From NCBI GenBank assembly GCA_963842085.1, contig CAWJET010000001.1, positions 1,216,001 through 1,280,000 of the forward strand: a stretch of DNA of 64,000 nucleotides. Reading direction: 5' to 3'. This stretch comes from an uncultured delta proteobacterium. GTDB lineage: Bacteria; Desulfobacterota; Binatia; Binatales; Binataceae. A model generated the notes under the pieces. It saw only the letters and a list, made by a program, of their open reading frames with translations, was not told the DNA's origin and did not search any database. Position 1 is the first letter of the stretch, and each line of letters opens with the position of its first letter. A program made the position numbers and the translations under genes. Positions 9,834 through 20,050 of this stretch are shown here, piece by piece.

Positions 9834-11114
9834 TTAAAATCTCCAGATGACGTTGAGTGCGGCGAAGTTTAGAAGGTTCGTCGAGTAGTGTCCCTGCAGC
9901 GTTTGAGGCAGCAGCGTCTTCGATCCTCTGGTAGCACTATAGGGACCAGGCCCTGCATCCATGAGCTCCCATGAGACGCCGGCTGTTAAGTCACGATTGA
10001 TCTCATATTGGATGCCGGTGCCGTATCGCAGTTGGCGGTCCAGGGGCAGGACTGGATTACGGTTCGCTCTCGAGACCGGCGAACTGTCATACGCAAATCC
10101 TGCGGACCACAGCCACTTCTCACCGATCTGCAACTGCTGTCCGATGGCGACGTGGCAGGTGTCCGAGAAATGCAGATTCGCCTCGACGGTGTGTTGATTC
10201 TTAGCCGAGATTCCGACCGGGAACTCTCCGAAAGCCGACCAATTCTGCCATCCCACGTCACTCATCAGACTCCACTTGGGCAAGACCTCGTAGAGGCCAC
10301 TCAACATCACCTGCTGCGGCTCGGTCAAAGGCACATTGAATTTTGTCCCGCCGATTCTTTGCCGAAGACGGCTGAGGATCGGACCGAGACCTGTAACGTG
10401 CGGGCGAAAGCCGAACTTGTAGTCTTCGGGCGACTGATAGGTGAGTCCTATGCGAAGCTTGGAAATTGGCCTGAGCAGAATGCCGACCTTAGATCCAAAC
10501 GCTTCATCCCATGACTCGAACGAGTAGCCGCCATCCTGCGCGCTCGGAAGAGGGTTATTAATCTTCGACTGAAAGGTGAGGCGCCCGACCCCAAAGCTGA
10601 AGCCCGCTCCCACTGAGAACCAGTCATTTACGTCGTAGGCAAGTGACGGGTTGATTTTGCCGGTGATTAGTGAGGCCGAGGTTATGAAATAGCGTCCGAC
10701 CCAGCTTTTGCCGTAGTCGCCGTTAAGACCGTAGTCTGAATAGACCGCGACGCCGAACCGCAGTCGCTCGGACAGCTTGTTCACGTAGAAGAACGAGCCA
10801 ATTGGGAAAAATACACCAGCGTTGCCGCCGCCACCGCCTTTAATCGTCGTTTGTGAGGCAACGTCGAAATTGGTCGAAGGGAGGAGTACACCCGGTGAAG
10901 TCATCAATTGCGAACGGTCGAGTAGCGTCATCCCGGCAGGATTCTTGGCTGCGGTCGAGGCGTCTTCCGCCAAAGCGGCTTGTCCGGCGCTCGCCGTACC
11001 GATATCTCCGATTTCATAAAGCTCCAGCGCAGCGCCTCGCGCGGAGGCGACAAATGCAAGTAGGACGAGCGTCGCAAGAGAAGCTGCTCTCCGAACCTCG
11101 GCTAGTATGTGCAC
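9834..11114 (-). CDS. FadL/OmpP1/TodX-family outer membrane transporter
   Basis: Signal peptide, ASAGQAALAEDASTAAKNPAGMT hatch motif, AGFAYDSSPV, C-terminal WRF. Confidence 0.88.
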   Translation of the reverse strand: MHILAEVRRAASLATLVLLAFVASARGAALELYEIGDIGTASAGQAALAEDASTAAKNPAGMTLLDRSQLMTSPGVLLPSTNFDVASQTTIKGGGGGNAGVFFPIGSFFYVNKLSERLRFGVAVYSDYGLNGDYGKSWVGRYFITSASLITGKINPSLAYDVNDWFSVGAGFSFGVGRLTFQSKINNPLPSAQDGGYSFESWDEAFGSKVGILLRPISKLRIGLTYQSPEDYKFGFRPHVTGLGPILSRLRQRIGGTKFNVPLTEPQQVMLSGLYEVLPKWSLMSDVGWQNWSAFGEFPVGISAKNQHTVEANLHFSDTCHVAIGQQLQIGEKWLWSAGFAYDSSPVSRANRNPVLPLDRQLRYGTGIQYEINRDLTAGVSWELMDAGPGPYSATRGSKTLLPQTLQGHYSTNLLNFAALNVIWRF

Positions 11115-11257
11115 TGTTTCCTCCCCTCTATTTACTCACCGAAACGTCGTGGACTTTAAACGGATAAGCGAAGACTTCGGCGCCGAGGAACTCCGTTACA
11201 TGTTGCCTGCGAGGCGGCACATCCAAACGTTTGAATAACTCCTTTGCAGCTCAATTC

Positions 11258-12223
11258 CTATTGCCCGAAATCGAGAAGATTTCCCTTGATCAGCTTCGGT
11301 ATTACTGGCGCTATTACGACCTGAATATCCCACTTCTGTCCGAACGCGTCGGGATGTACTGGCATATACTGAGGCTGAACGACAATCCTTATCGGCAGCC
11401 GGCCCAGTTTAATCACTTTGGCAACACTCACTCCGATCGGGAACGTGACCATATTACCGCTCTTGTTTGCGTACCAGTTGACCAACATGCTGGGCGACGT
11501 GCCCACGCTCCATCCGTTGGGCAGAAAGTATGACGCGAAATACTGCATGTTCAGCTGGCTTACGGTGTTCGCGCCCGGACCACCGACTGACCACCACTGC
11601 TGCGGGAACACGCCAGCTATAAACTTATCTCCCAGGTAGCCAACTACGCCTGCCGGTCCTATCTGCCATTTATTCTGCCCGAGCCGGGAGTTGGTAGCGG
11701 TTGGGAAAATGAAAGTAGGTCCTGCAGCCAGCAGCCAACGACCTACCAGGTTCTCGGTGGGCGACAACATCGTGACAAAGACAGTATCGCCGAAGCCTGT
11801 TACTCTATGGATATTGCCGCTCTGTGTGTTTATGTACGGGGTTGAGTTCAGCACCGGTATTACAGGCCGATTGATCAAATTCCAGTTGTCGGTCAAAGAC
11901 ACCGGCAACACCGGCTGAAACTGCAGATTGATGACGTTTCGATCGGCATGTCCGGTAGGCATGTTGACCCAATAGGTGTTCTCCTGGAGGGTTATCGACC
12001 AGATGCTGGAAATAGGGTTGGTAAGTTCCTTATTGACCTCAGTCAGAGATTTCTTGTCATCGGGTAGCTTCGACTCATCGATCGGTGGCGGTGCGAGTGC
12101 GCTTGAAGCAGGACTAGTCTGCGCGAAGCTCGAAGCGACAACGAATAGAGTTAAAGCACACGCGACGGCGGAAGCTTCGACCGCTCTTCCGACCCGATTT
12201 AACATAGCGGCTCTACGATTCAT
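11258..12223 (-). CDS. Uncharacterised outer-membrane beta-barrel-like protein
   Basis: Signal peptide; KELTNPIS, LQFQPVLP, GFGDT, GPTFIFPTAT..RLGQNKWQIGP. Confidence 0.75.
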   Translation of the reverse strand: MNRRAAMLNRVGRAVEASAVACALTLFVVASSFAQTSPASSALAPPPIDESKLPDDKKSLTEVNKELTNPISSIWSITLQENTYWVNMPTGHADRNVINLQFQPVLPVSLTDNWNLINRPVIPVLNSTPYINTQSGNIHRVTGFGDTVFVTMLSPTENLVGRWLLAAGPTFIFPTATNSRLGQNKWQIGPAGVVGYLGDKFIAGVFPQQWWSVGGPGANTVSQLNMQYFASYFLPNGWSVGTSPSMLVNWYANKSGNMVTFPIGVSVAKVIKLGRLPIRIVVQPQYMPVHPDAFGQKWDIQVVIAPVIPKLIKGNLLDFGQ

Positions 12224-12276
12224 TGCATCCTCCCCCGCTCGTCTCGACTTTTATAGGATTCCACTGCTCCGCCACA

Positions 12277-12294
12277 ATTGGACTTTGGTCCGAT
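12277..12294. promoter_or_regulatory. TGGAC-N4-GTCCA-type palindromic operator
   Basis: ATTGGACTTTGGTCCGAT, about 54 bp upstream of the 12223 start. Confidence 0.75.
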
Positions 12295-12323
12295 CCCTCC
12301 CTCAAAAGAGAATTGGTTCCTCC

Positions 12324-13229
12324 TCATAGCTCCACTTGCGGCAAAAGCAGACTTACTCCAAATCTCAGGGTGAATTGCTCAGTCTGAGGGTCAAACTGCC
12401 GATAGACCATGCATTCGCTGGAGACCGATGTATCGATTGCGTAGCCTTCGCCGAATTTCCAGACTTTCCCAAATCCCGCGCTCAGCGGCATCTCGGTTGA
12501 AGTCTTGTGACGGTAGTTGATTTTCCAAGTCGCGTCGCTCGATTTCAGATACCATCCATGACCTAGCTGATAGGACAGGATTGGTTGTATCTGAAGCGAG
12601 CTGACCGGAACCGAATGCGACGATGAGTAGGCGAACGACGTCGCCTGCTGAAAGAGACCAGCAATTTGCAGGCTCGCAATGCCCCGGTAACCGAAGGCCC
12701 AGGCTGGCCCCATCTGCCAAGCCCCTTTGCCGGTGAACTGACTCGTGGAGGTGGGAAACACGAAATATGGTCCGATTCCCCATCGGAAGCGCGTTTCGTT
12801 CACGTTCGGCCAAGGCATCACAAACAGGTCGAGAAGTTGGAAGTCATCGAGCGCAGTGGTGGTTGACGCGCCTTTGTTGCGAGCAACGGTGACGATTTGA
12901 ATACTCGGCCGGATGAGTTGCTCGAGCGGCGTGAACAATTGTGGGCGTACTGCGAAGAGTGGCCGGAACTGCAGTGTGTTCGGCTGCGCATTCGTACCGA
13001 ACTCCGCCGGCGTGTAAATGTCCTGGATCTTGAACTGAGTCAGACTCGCAGTCGGATCGTTTACCTTCTCGGCCAGGGATTCATCGGCGCTACTCGCAGT
13101 GGTGGTTTGCTGGGCGAGACTGATCGAACACGCCCCCAGTAGGACGAGAAGCGCGGCGCCGGTAACAATAATTCGCCACCGGTGCCGCGTGGTGTGATAA
13201 CAAACGACGCCACGCGTGAGATCTATCAC
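12324..13229 (-). CDS. Paralog of 11258-12223 (beta-barrel-like protein)
   Basis: LAEKVNDPTAS, LQFRP, WGIGPYFVFPTS..FTGKGAWQMGP, LQIQPILSYQL. Confidence 0.75.
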   Translation of the reverse strand: MIDLTRGVVCYHTTRHRWRIIVTGAALLVLLGACSISLAQQTTTASSADESLAEKVNDPTASLTQFKIQDIYTPAEFGTNAQPNTLQFRPLFAVRPQLFTPLEQLIRPSIQIVTVARNKGASTTTALDDFQLLDLFVMPWPNVNETRFRWGIGPYFVFPTSTSQFTGKGAWQMGPAWAFGYRGIASLQIAGLFQQATSFAYSSSHSVPVSSLQIQPILSYQLGHGWYLKSSDATWKINYRHKTSTEMPLSAGFGKVWKFGEGYAIDTSVSSECMVYRQFDPQTEQFTLRFGVSLLLPQVEL

Positions 13230-13233
13230 GGTC

Positions 13234-13962
13234 CTATTGTCCTGCTGGCGTTCGTCCCTGCAGCTCGAGCAGACGAATCGTAATCCTGTGAACCCAGTAG
13301 TCCATAGCGGCCTTAGCGTCGCCCCACTGCCACTGCACCGCCTGGCTCATCGCCATCCCGCCGGCGCGCTGGTCGATCGCGCCCGCCAAGAACTGATTGG
13401 TCGATCCATCAGTCACCTTCATTTCGGCTTCGGCGGAACCCACGAATGCGTAACTGCCGGTCGCCAGCGACTGGATTGCATTGAGGGCTCGGGCCTGCGG
13501 AATTATCACCGACACCGTCCGTAGCGCCGGGGTCGCGGCGGTCGCGTTGACGATCGCGACTCGCAGCACAAGCACGCCCGGCCCCGGCTGGTCAACCAGC
13601 GTGAAATCCTTGGACAAACCTTCCTTGAGTTGGTTGTAGAAGTAGGCCCCTAGCATCTGTTGATCAGACGCCGACACTGTCGTACTGGCGTCGTCCCAGA
13701 ACTCGACCGGCTCCAGAAGAATCTTATTGTACTGGCTCCACTGTGCATTCGGGTTGACATACACCATTGCGGCCTGGTTCCCGGTGCCGGGTTGCAGCAA
13801 CGATGCATCCTGCCCGAAGAATCCGCTTATCACAGGAGCAGGCTGACCGCCCTCGACCTGCTGCATGACGCCCGGCTTGCTCTCCACCGTTTGCGCGCAT
13901 CCAGACATGAGCAGCCCGCAGAATAGAGCGGCAAGTACAGGCACTACAACTGAGACTTTCAT
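13234..13962 (-). CDS. DUF3313 family lipoprotein
   Basis: Start reassigned to 13962 (GGAGG RBS); MSGC lipobox; YNKILLEPV, PGPGVLVLRVAI, AEMKVTDGST. Confidence 0.75.
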   Translation of the reverse strand: MKVSVVVPVLAALFCGLLMSGCAQTVESKPGVMQQVEGGQPAPVISGFFGQDASLLQPGTGNQAAMVYVNPNAQWSQYNKILLEPVEFWDDASTTVSASDQQMLGAYFYNQLKEGLSKDFTLVDQPGPGVLVLRVAIVNATAATPALRTVSVIIPQARALNAIQSLATGSYAFVGSAEAEMKVTDGSTNQFLAGAIDQRAGGMAMSQAVQWQWGDAKAAMDYWVHRITIRLLELQGRTPAGQ

Positions 13963-14078
13963 AGAATGCGACCTCCCGCGATTATCTCGTTTCAGCGACA
14001 AGTCACTTGACTGGCTGCAACTCCGCCGGTCGCAACTCCGCCGACGACCAGTCTGGCGCGTCCAGTACTCGTAAGTAA

Positions 14079-14096
14079 ATTGGACCTTGGTCCAAT
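14079..14096. promoter_or_regulatory. Palindromic operator (perfect arms)
   Basis: ATTGGACC-TT-GGTCCAAT upstream of DUF3313. Confidence 0.8.
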
Positions 14097-14282
14097 ACAA
14101 ACTTTCGCTTATATTTCTCTTTTGTTCTTCACCATCCGCGAACTGATAGCGAAGAATTATTGGCTGGAATGCGGTGTTGATCTCCTACTTCCTTTTTTAC
14201 TGAGAAAGAAGTGCGATAGGCAGATGCGGCACCGGCCCTAAGTGCGTATATGAACGCAGACAAGTTGTGGACGAGCAAATCG

Positions 14283-14939
14283 CTACTCTGACAACTTGGC
14301 TTTTGCCCTTGAGAAGTCGTCGCCGACCGGACGAACACCAAGACGCTCCGCCATTGCCACGAGACTGGCAAGCGAATCCGCCCGCATCTTTTCCATCACT
14401 CGCGCTCGATGAACCTTGATCGTCTTCTCGCCGGTTCCTAGCTCGTGACCGATCTGCTTATTGAGCAAACCACCGGTCACGAGAGCTAACACTTGCCGCT
14501 CGCGGGGAGTGAGAAGCTCGTATCGACGACGAAGTTCTTCAAGTTCAGCGTACGAGATTCTCTGTTTGCGGCTGCGTTCGGCGGAACGTCGAATCGCCGC
14601 GATCAGGTCTTTGTCATCGACTGGCTTCTCCAGGAAGTCCACTGCGCCAGACTGAATTGCCTTGACGGTCATCGGGATGTCACCGTGACCTGTTATGAAT
14701 ACAACTGACAGATACGGCAGAGTCTTCGCCAACGTCTCCTGAAGTTCGAAGCCGTCTACGTCAGGCATTCGCACATCGCTGACAGCACAATCGAACTGAT
14801 CGCGCTTGCTGTTTCCGAGAAACTCGCGTGCCGATGAAAAAGAAACTACTTGGATGCCGGCCGACTTGATCAGTCGTGCTAATGAGGTGCGCGCTGATTC
14901 GTCATCATCTATTAGTGCGACTTTGATCGAAGCAGGCAT
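14283..14939 (-). CDS. FixJ/NodW/TodT-type response regulator (REC + LuxR HTH)
   Basis: IDDD, SDVRMP, FITGHGDIPMTVKA, FLEKP, LTPRERQV, LLNKQIG, TIKVHRARVMEKM. Confidence 0.93.
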   Translation of the reverse strand: MPASIKVALIDDDESARTSLARLIKSAGIQVVSFSSAREFLGNSKRDQFDCAVSDVRMPDVDGFELQETLAKTLPYLSVVFITGHGDIPMTVKAIQSGAVDFLEKPVDDKDLIAAIRRSAERSRKQRISYAELEELRRRYELLTPRERQVLALVTGGLLNKQIGHELGTGEKTIKVHRARVMEKMRADSLASLVAMAERLGVRPVGDDFSRAKAKLSE

Positions 14940-14954
14940 CGTACCCGACTCGAA

Positions 14955-16289
14955 TCAGGCGTGACTTCCGATACTCGGTCCAGTCGGTAACGTGAACTCA
15001 AGCGTTGCGCCACGGTCCGTATTCTGCGTCGCCCAGACCCGGCCACCGTGGTTCTCGACGATTGAACGAACGATGGCGAGCCCCATTCCCATTCCGGTCG
15101 ACTTGGTCGTGAAGAAGGGGTCGAACAGACGAGTCATAACTTTGGGGTCAATGCCCTTGCCCGAATCCCGGACCGAGATATGCATATGGCCAGGTTCGTT
15201 GAGACCGGCACAAATGACGACGTCGCGCGCCCCCCCGGCCTCGCACACAGAATCGAATGCGTTGAGGACCAAATTCAAAACGGCTTGCGTCAATTCGGTC
15301 TTGTTCCCCAGCACCGTTGGCAGCGAGTCGGGCACTTCGATCGACAAAGAGATGTCTTTCATTCTCGCGTCGGCGCTCACGATGCGATTGACGTCCAGCA
15401 GGAGCTCTCTGACATCGACGGGAGATGTTTTCGCTTCACCTCGTCGAAAAGTCGCGCGAACATTTCGGACGATTTCGACCGCTCTGGCATCGTCGCGGAT
15501 GATATCGTCCAGCGCGCTATCGACTTCGGTCAGATCTGGAGTTTTGGAAGCGAGGAGTCGCCGCGCGGCCCTCGCATTGTTCAGGATTGCGCCGAGCGGT
15601 TGATTCAACTCGTGCGCCAGCGAGGCGGTCAGCTCTCCCATCGTCACAACTTGTGAAACCTGACGCAATTCCTCCTCCAGGAGGCGATGTTCCGCGAAGG
15701 CGAGCTTTCGCTCGAGGGCGTTTCCAACGATCTCGGCGACCAGTTTCAGACGCTGGACCTCTTTCTGAGTCCACGCTCTTTCCGCCCAACTGGTGAACGA
15801 CATAGAGCCGACGACCGCTCCGCTGATCTTCAATGGGATGCTCACGTGAGCCTTGATACCATGAAGACGCGCTGTGGCCACGTCGTCGGAGGCTTCAGGT
15901 GGAAGTTCTTCAACGTGCGAGAATATGACAATTTCACCAGCGAGGACCTTGGCGGCGAGCCAAGGAAACGACTGAGTGCTGTTAACCCTCGTCCCCAAGA
16001 ACGGTGTCGTACTTCCGTTTCGCGCCGCCTGATGCGTGATGTACAAAGCACCGTCGACCGGGTCCAGTTGCGTCACTATGCCCCGATCGACCTGCATCGA
16101 AAGCACGATCGCTTGAAGCCATCGCTCTATTTCGCCATCGATCTCCTCGACCGATACGCGGATGAAGGTGGAGGATAAATCCCCCAGCAGCTTCTCGAAA
16201 TCTACGACTTCCGGGTTCGGAGCGGCGTATGCGGGTGAATCGGTCTCTGTCGTACAGACTTCTTCTGCTCTCTCGAAGCGATTAACCAT
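14955..16289 (-). CDS. Cytoplasmic GAF-domain sensor histidine kinase
   Basis: GAF-like N-terminus without TM helices; H-box [32 protein letters not shown]. Confidence 0.92.
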   Translation of the reverse strand: MVNRFERAEEVCTTETDSPAYAAPNPEVVDFEKLLGDLSSTFIRVSVEEIDGEIERWLQAIVLSMQVDRGIVTQLDPVDGALYITHQAARNGSTTPFLGTRVNSTQSFPWLAAKVLAGEIVIFSHVEELPPEASDDVATARLHGIKAHVSIPLKISGAVVGSMSFTSWAERAWTQKEVQRLKLVAEIVGNALERKLAFAEHRLLEEELRQVSQVVTMGELTASLAHELNQPLGAILNNARAARRLLASKTPDLTEVDSALDDIIRDDARAVEIVRNVRATFRRGEAKTSPVDVRELLLDVNRIVSADARMKDISLSIEVPDSLPTVLGNKTELTQAVLNLVLNAFDSVCEAGGARDVVICAGLNEPGHMHISVRDSGKGIDPKVMTRLFDPFFTTKSTGMGMGLAIVRSIVENHGGRVWATQNTDRGATLEFTLPTGPSIGSHA

Positions 16290-16377
16290 AGGGTTCAGCG
16301 CCGCCTCGATGCGCGGTCTACCGAGCGGGCATCCTTCGTGTTGGCTTCACTGGCTCTTATACGCCAGATCCACTTCT

Positions 16378-16851
16378 TCAGGAAAGAGCGAGAGCACGGG
16401 CAATTGCCCCGAGCAGCGGCTCCTCGTCGAATGGCTTGAACAGGACTGCCACCGCGTCCGACTGCGCGGCCAGCGAGCGAATCCGGGCGTCGGTTCGTCC
16501 GGTTATTAGTATGGTGGGCAGGCCGTGTCCTGAACCTTTCAGAACCTCACACATCTCGATTCCGTTCATTTCAGGCATGTCGATGTCGACGACCATGCAG
16601 GCGTTAGATCTCGGTGTCTCGCTTGCGAGTAATTCAGACGGACCATTGAACGTCTGGACTAGAAAACCAGAAGCAGAAATCAGCCTCTTCAACGAGCGAA
16701 GGACGGAAGGATCATCATCCACCACCAGCACGGTTGCCGCGATCGTTGTGTCGGTCACTTCTGTCTCTGGAGCGATTGGCTCGGCACGTTTGCGCGCTCG
16801 CTCAGGGGGGACCGCGGCCCCCTTCCTGGCCATACTTGTTGCAATTTTCAT
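16378..16851 (-). CDS. Single-domain response regulator
   Basis: VVDDD, VDIDMP, ILITG, LFKPF; no output domain. Confidence 0.85.
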   Translation of the reverse strand: MKIATSMARKGAAVPPERARKRAEPIAPETEVTDTTIAATVLVVDDDPSVLRSLKRLISASGFLVQTFNGPSELLASETPRSNACMVVDIDMPEMNGIEMCEVLKGSGHGLPTILITGRTDARIRSLAAQSDAVAVLFKPFDEEPLLGAIARALALS

Positions 16852-16947
16852 TTCAGATTCATCTGCGGCCTTCTCTTGATACGCGGAGCGGTAATCTTGG
16901 ACGCTGGCTCCCGCCTCTATTCTGTTACGAACGTGTGAATCAGAGCA

Positions 16948-16965
16948 ATTGGACCAAAGTCCAAT
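16948..16965. promoter_or_regulatory. Palindromic operator upstream of the two-component operon
   Basis: ATTGGACCAAAGTCCAAT. Confidence 0.8.
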
Positions 16966-17051
16966 ATGGCCGATTCTCCACGAAGTCTCGTGTCAGGGCT
17001 GGGACCTCGCGACTTCGGCAATCGAGGTAACAGGAAAGTGCGCCTCCAACT

Positions 17052-17840
17052 CTATTGCGACGGTACTCCGCCTGCCGATGAGTGAACTTCACCGCCATCC
17101 GCAATGGCGTGGACGGCGGCCGCTCGGGGGAGACTGACGGCCGCCGTCTCGCCAGTGGCAACCTTGCTTGAGTTGCCCAAGATCTCCAGATTCTTACGCG
17201 CGGGCTCATAGTCCGGCACGTCGCGTACGAGATCACGCCATACGAGCGACGCGCTGGCAGTCTTTCCCTCCTGAGCGTAGATAACACCTAGCAGGTTGCT
17301 TGCGTCCGGTTGCTCAGCATTCAAGCGCAGCGCGGCCAGTGTCTCGTGCTCTGCATCGGTCAGCATTCCACGCTGTGCCTCGACGAGGGCAAGATTGAAA
17401 TGTGATTCGGAGTGTTCGCCACCGAGAAAAACCGCGTGTCGCAAACTATCCGTCGCGACGTCCAGGTCGCCATTTTCGAGCTGAGCCAGCCCTAGGTTCA
17501 GGAATAAATCCCAATTCATCAGTCCAAGCGCAGCCGCGCGCTGATACTCACTGACTTCCGCGGTCCTGTCGCCGACCATTCCCAGGGCAAAACCCAGATG
17601 GTAATGAGCGAGCGCGTTGTCCGGATGCTTGCGCACGATTTCCACGTGACGACGAATCGCCTCTGAGTAGTCTTCGATGCCAAGGGAGTAATCAGCGCCG
17701 ACATCGCAGACTTGCTGCTCAGCTCCACCCGCGAATACGAAGTTCGGGATCCACACTGAGAGCAGCAGCATCGTTGCCGTAATTGTTACCAGCGCGATAG
17801 TTCGCACCTTCCGCTCCTCGGCTGACTTGCCACTCGACAT
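17052..17840 (-). CDS. TPR-repeat protein, probably exported
   Basis: PDNALAHYHLGFAL, LFLNLGLAQ, SHFNLALV, ASNLLGVIY, PDYEPARKNL. Confidence 0.82.
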   Translation of the reverse strand: MSSGKSAEERKVRTIALVTITATMLLLSVWIPNFVFAGGAEQQVCDVGADYSLGIEDYSEAIRRHVEIVRKHPDNALAHYHLGFALGMVGDRTAEVSEYQRAAALGLMNWDLFLNLGLAQLENGDLDVATDSLRHAVFLGGEHSESHFNLALVEAQRGMLTDAEHETLAALRLNAEQPDASNLLGVIYAQEGKTASASLVWRDLVRDVPDYEPARKNLEILGNSSKVATGETAAVSLPRAAAVHAIADGGEVHSSAGGVPSQ

Positions 17841-17864
17841 TGCGCCTAATCGAGGGTGTCGTCT

Positions 17865-17912
17865 ATTGGACGTTGGTCTAATGTACTTAAGTCCATTGGA
17901 CTAAGGTCCAAT
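17865..17912. promoter_or_regulatory. Three overlapping operators at 15-bp period in a divergent intergenic region
   Basis: ATTGGACGTTGGTCTAAT (17865), AATGTACTTAAGTCCATT (17880), ATTGGACTAAGGTCCAAT (17895). Confidence 0.8.
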
Positions 17913-18038
17913 TGCGTGAGTTAAGCTCGTGGCGCAAACTCGGCGCATAAAACGCTCCTGCAATCGAGAGCGCTGGGCTGACTGACTCTTCCCGCAACCG
18001 GGTGTTCAAGCGCAAGCAGGGAGGAGGGAGTACAACAA

Positions 18039-18479
18039 ATGAAAAACAGGCTGCAACTTCTGGCGATCGCCGCCGCAATCACTGTTGCAGGATGCTCTGA
18101 GTCCGCGATCAAGCCTCAAGCGCGCTGCGAACTTATGACCGCGCAGATGTGTTCGCGCGCCGCGGAGTCGCAATTGCGCGATGGCACTCTTGCCGTCAGC
18201 TACATATTTCAGCCAGAGGATGCGCGGGTAGTTCCATTTGTTGTACCTGTATTTGAGAAAAACGGTACCTTGGCTGCGGAAGTAGATTGCTACGCCAGCA
18301 CCGATACTCATACTTATTCGATAGTCCGATCAAACCTCGCGATTCCGCCAGCATCTCAGGAATCGGTCGACTTTCTTAGAAATCAACACTTATGCTCCGA
18401 CAGCGGATCGTACGCCGACGATAGAGACCCACTTGTCGAGACGGCATCAACTCTGCCACTAGCCTCACAACGAAAATAA
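18039..18479 (+). CDS. Hypothetical lipoprotein
   Basis: GGAGGAGG RBS; VAGC lipobox. Confidence 0.7.
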   Translation: MKNRLQLLAIAAAITVAGCSESAIKPQARCELMTAQMCSRAAESQLRDGTLAVSYIFQPEDARVVPFVVPVFEKNGTLAAEVDCYASTDTHTYSIVRSNLAIPPASQESVDFLRNQHLCSDSGSYADDRDPLVETASTLPLASQRK

Positions 18480-18534
18480 TGGTTCTCGGGCCAACCACAT
18501 GTTTCAGCACCATACCAGTACACAGGAGAACGCG

Positions 18535-18882
18535 ATGCCGATTCGATACGCCTTGATCGGGCTCATCGCTCTACTCACGGTTTCGGGGTGCGCTCCCAGT
18601 CAGCAACAAATGCTTAATAACTCCCAGGCGATGGCCGTCCAAACGGCCGTCAACCGCGGACAGTTCGACCTGCAATGCCGTTCCGCAACGGGAACAGCCA
18701 TTTCCCGTGGAGTCGTCCAACCTGCATTGCAAGGTCCTTGGGTGAACGGGATCCAACCTGCCGAATTCACCGTAGGCGTCGAGGGTTGCCGTAGGCGCAA
18801 GAGCTATATCGTCGTGTGCCCTGAGGGTGGCGGCGGGTGCTTTGCGGCTGGTCCCGGACCGTTTTATCCAGACTGGCAATAG
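18535..18882 (+). CDS. Cys-containing hypothetical lipoprotein
   Basis: AGGAG RBS before ATG 18535; VSGC lipobox; RGQFDLQC, GVEGC, YIVVCP. Confidence 0.75.
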   Translation: MPIRYALIGLIALLTVSGCAPSQQQMLNNSQAMAVQTAVNRGQFDLQCRSATGTAISRGVVQPALQGPWVNGIQPAEFTVGVEGCRRRKSYIVVCPEGGGGCFAAGPGPFYPDWQ

Positions 18883-18961
18883 CAGCGGAAGGCTACTGCT
18901 GAGCGTTGACGGAGCACCTCAGGGCATTGAAATCCGGCGAAAAATGGGAGAAGGGACCTAA

Positions 18962-19723
18962 ATGAGAACGCTCAGGATTGTAACTCTCGGCCTCGTGCTG
19001 CTTGCCTCGGGATCGGCTCGCGCCCAGGGCGTCGTACTGCCGCTGCCGCCCCAGGACCAGCAAAGGATAACCGCACAGCTCGGACCGGGTGTCGTGGGCA
19101 TCGCATTACCCAGCCAGCCAATCAGCGATCCCAGCGTCTTCTTTCCACTTCAAGCCAAAGCGCTGACCTACCAGGTCATGGCCGGCCCAAATGCCGGCAA
19201 CACTCAGTCTCTGGGACTCTTCAAGACACGGCGTCCAAGCGGGGCGTCTGCATGGCGGTTTCAATTATCGCCGTCGCTCGCTGGGTTCCTTCGTCAGAGC
19301 GCGGAGGGCGATATCATAATGCCTGCCGTGAGCGATGCCGGCGAGGGTGTGGTTGTGGTCACTACGCCTCCTAATCCATTCGTGCCCAAGGGCATGCAGC
19401 CGGGCGAGACGCGGACCTACTCGCAGCGAGTCTCGGTAAATTACCTGGACGATCCATCGGACCAGAAATATTCCGGCTCGGTCACCGGAACTTATACTTA
19501 TGTCGGCACCTATCAAGTCACTGTGCCCGCGGGTACGTTCCCGGCGGTGCTGTTTCGCGTTCATTGTGATGGCAAGGTCGGGCCTGCTCACACGGTTAAC
19601 ACTGGCTACAACTTTTTTGCGCCGGGCGTCGGCATGGTCGCCATGATCTTGCAAGAAGACGTGACGGCTTTCTGGATCTTCAACATCGATAGCACCACCG
19701 GCAAGGTGCTGATGTCGAATTGA
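18962..19723 (+). CDS. Hypothetical exported protein
   Basis: Signal peptide ending ARA; VTVPAGTF and FAPGVGMV motifs. Confidence 0.75.
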   Translation: MRTLRIVTLGLVLLASGSARAQGVVLPLPPQDQQRITAQLGPGVVGIALPSQPISDPSVFFPLQAKALTYQVMAGPNAGNTQSLGLFKTRRPSGASAWRFQLSPSLAGFLRQSAEGDIIMPAVSDAGEGVVVVTTPPNPFVPKGMQPGETRTYSQRVSVNYLDDPSDQKYSGSVTGTYTYVGTYQVTVPAGTFPAVLFRVHCDGKVGPAHTVNTGYNFFAPGVGMVAMILQEDVTAFWIFNIDSTTGKVLMSN

Positions 19724-20050
19724 AATGAGGGCGAACAGTCTGCACAAGAACAAAACTGCATCGAAAATCTGTTCAGCCGAGATGCGAGATGGCGCGGCGG
19801 GTGCGGATTTGGCAGGGGAGGCGAAATGATCATGAGATGGACCGCGGCTGGAGTTCTGGAAAGCCGAGCTCAACTTCCGCAAGGTCGCCGGCTTTGGCGC
19901 GCTCGAGAGGCTCGACACCGCCCTGCGCGCTCATGATGCCGCGATCAATCCAGGAGTTGATAATCGAAGGCAGGCCAACTAAATTATCCAGCCGCTACTC
20001 AATTCCAACAGCGAATGGGACATCGCCCACGATTGAGGGCGCTACGTATT

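Noticed and set aside
11149-11165. GTGGACTTTAAACGG upstream of the FadL-type gene
   Set aside because: Only a half-site.
14079-14096. Palindrome as an FNR or CRP box
   Set aside because: Arms are TGGAC/GTCCA, not TTGAT/ATCAA or TGTGA/TCACA; only the general geometry is similar.
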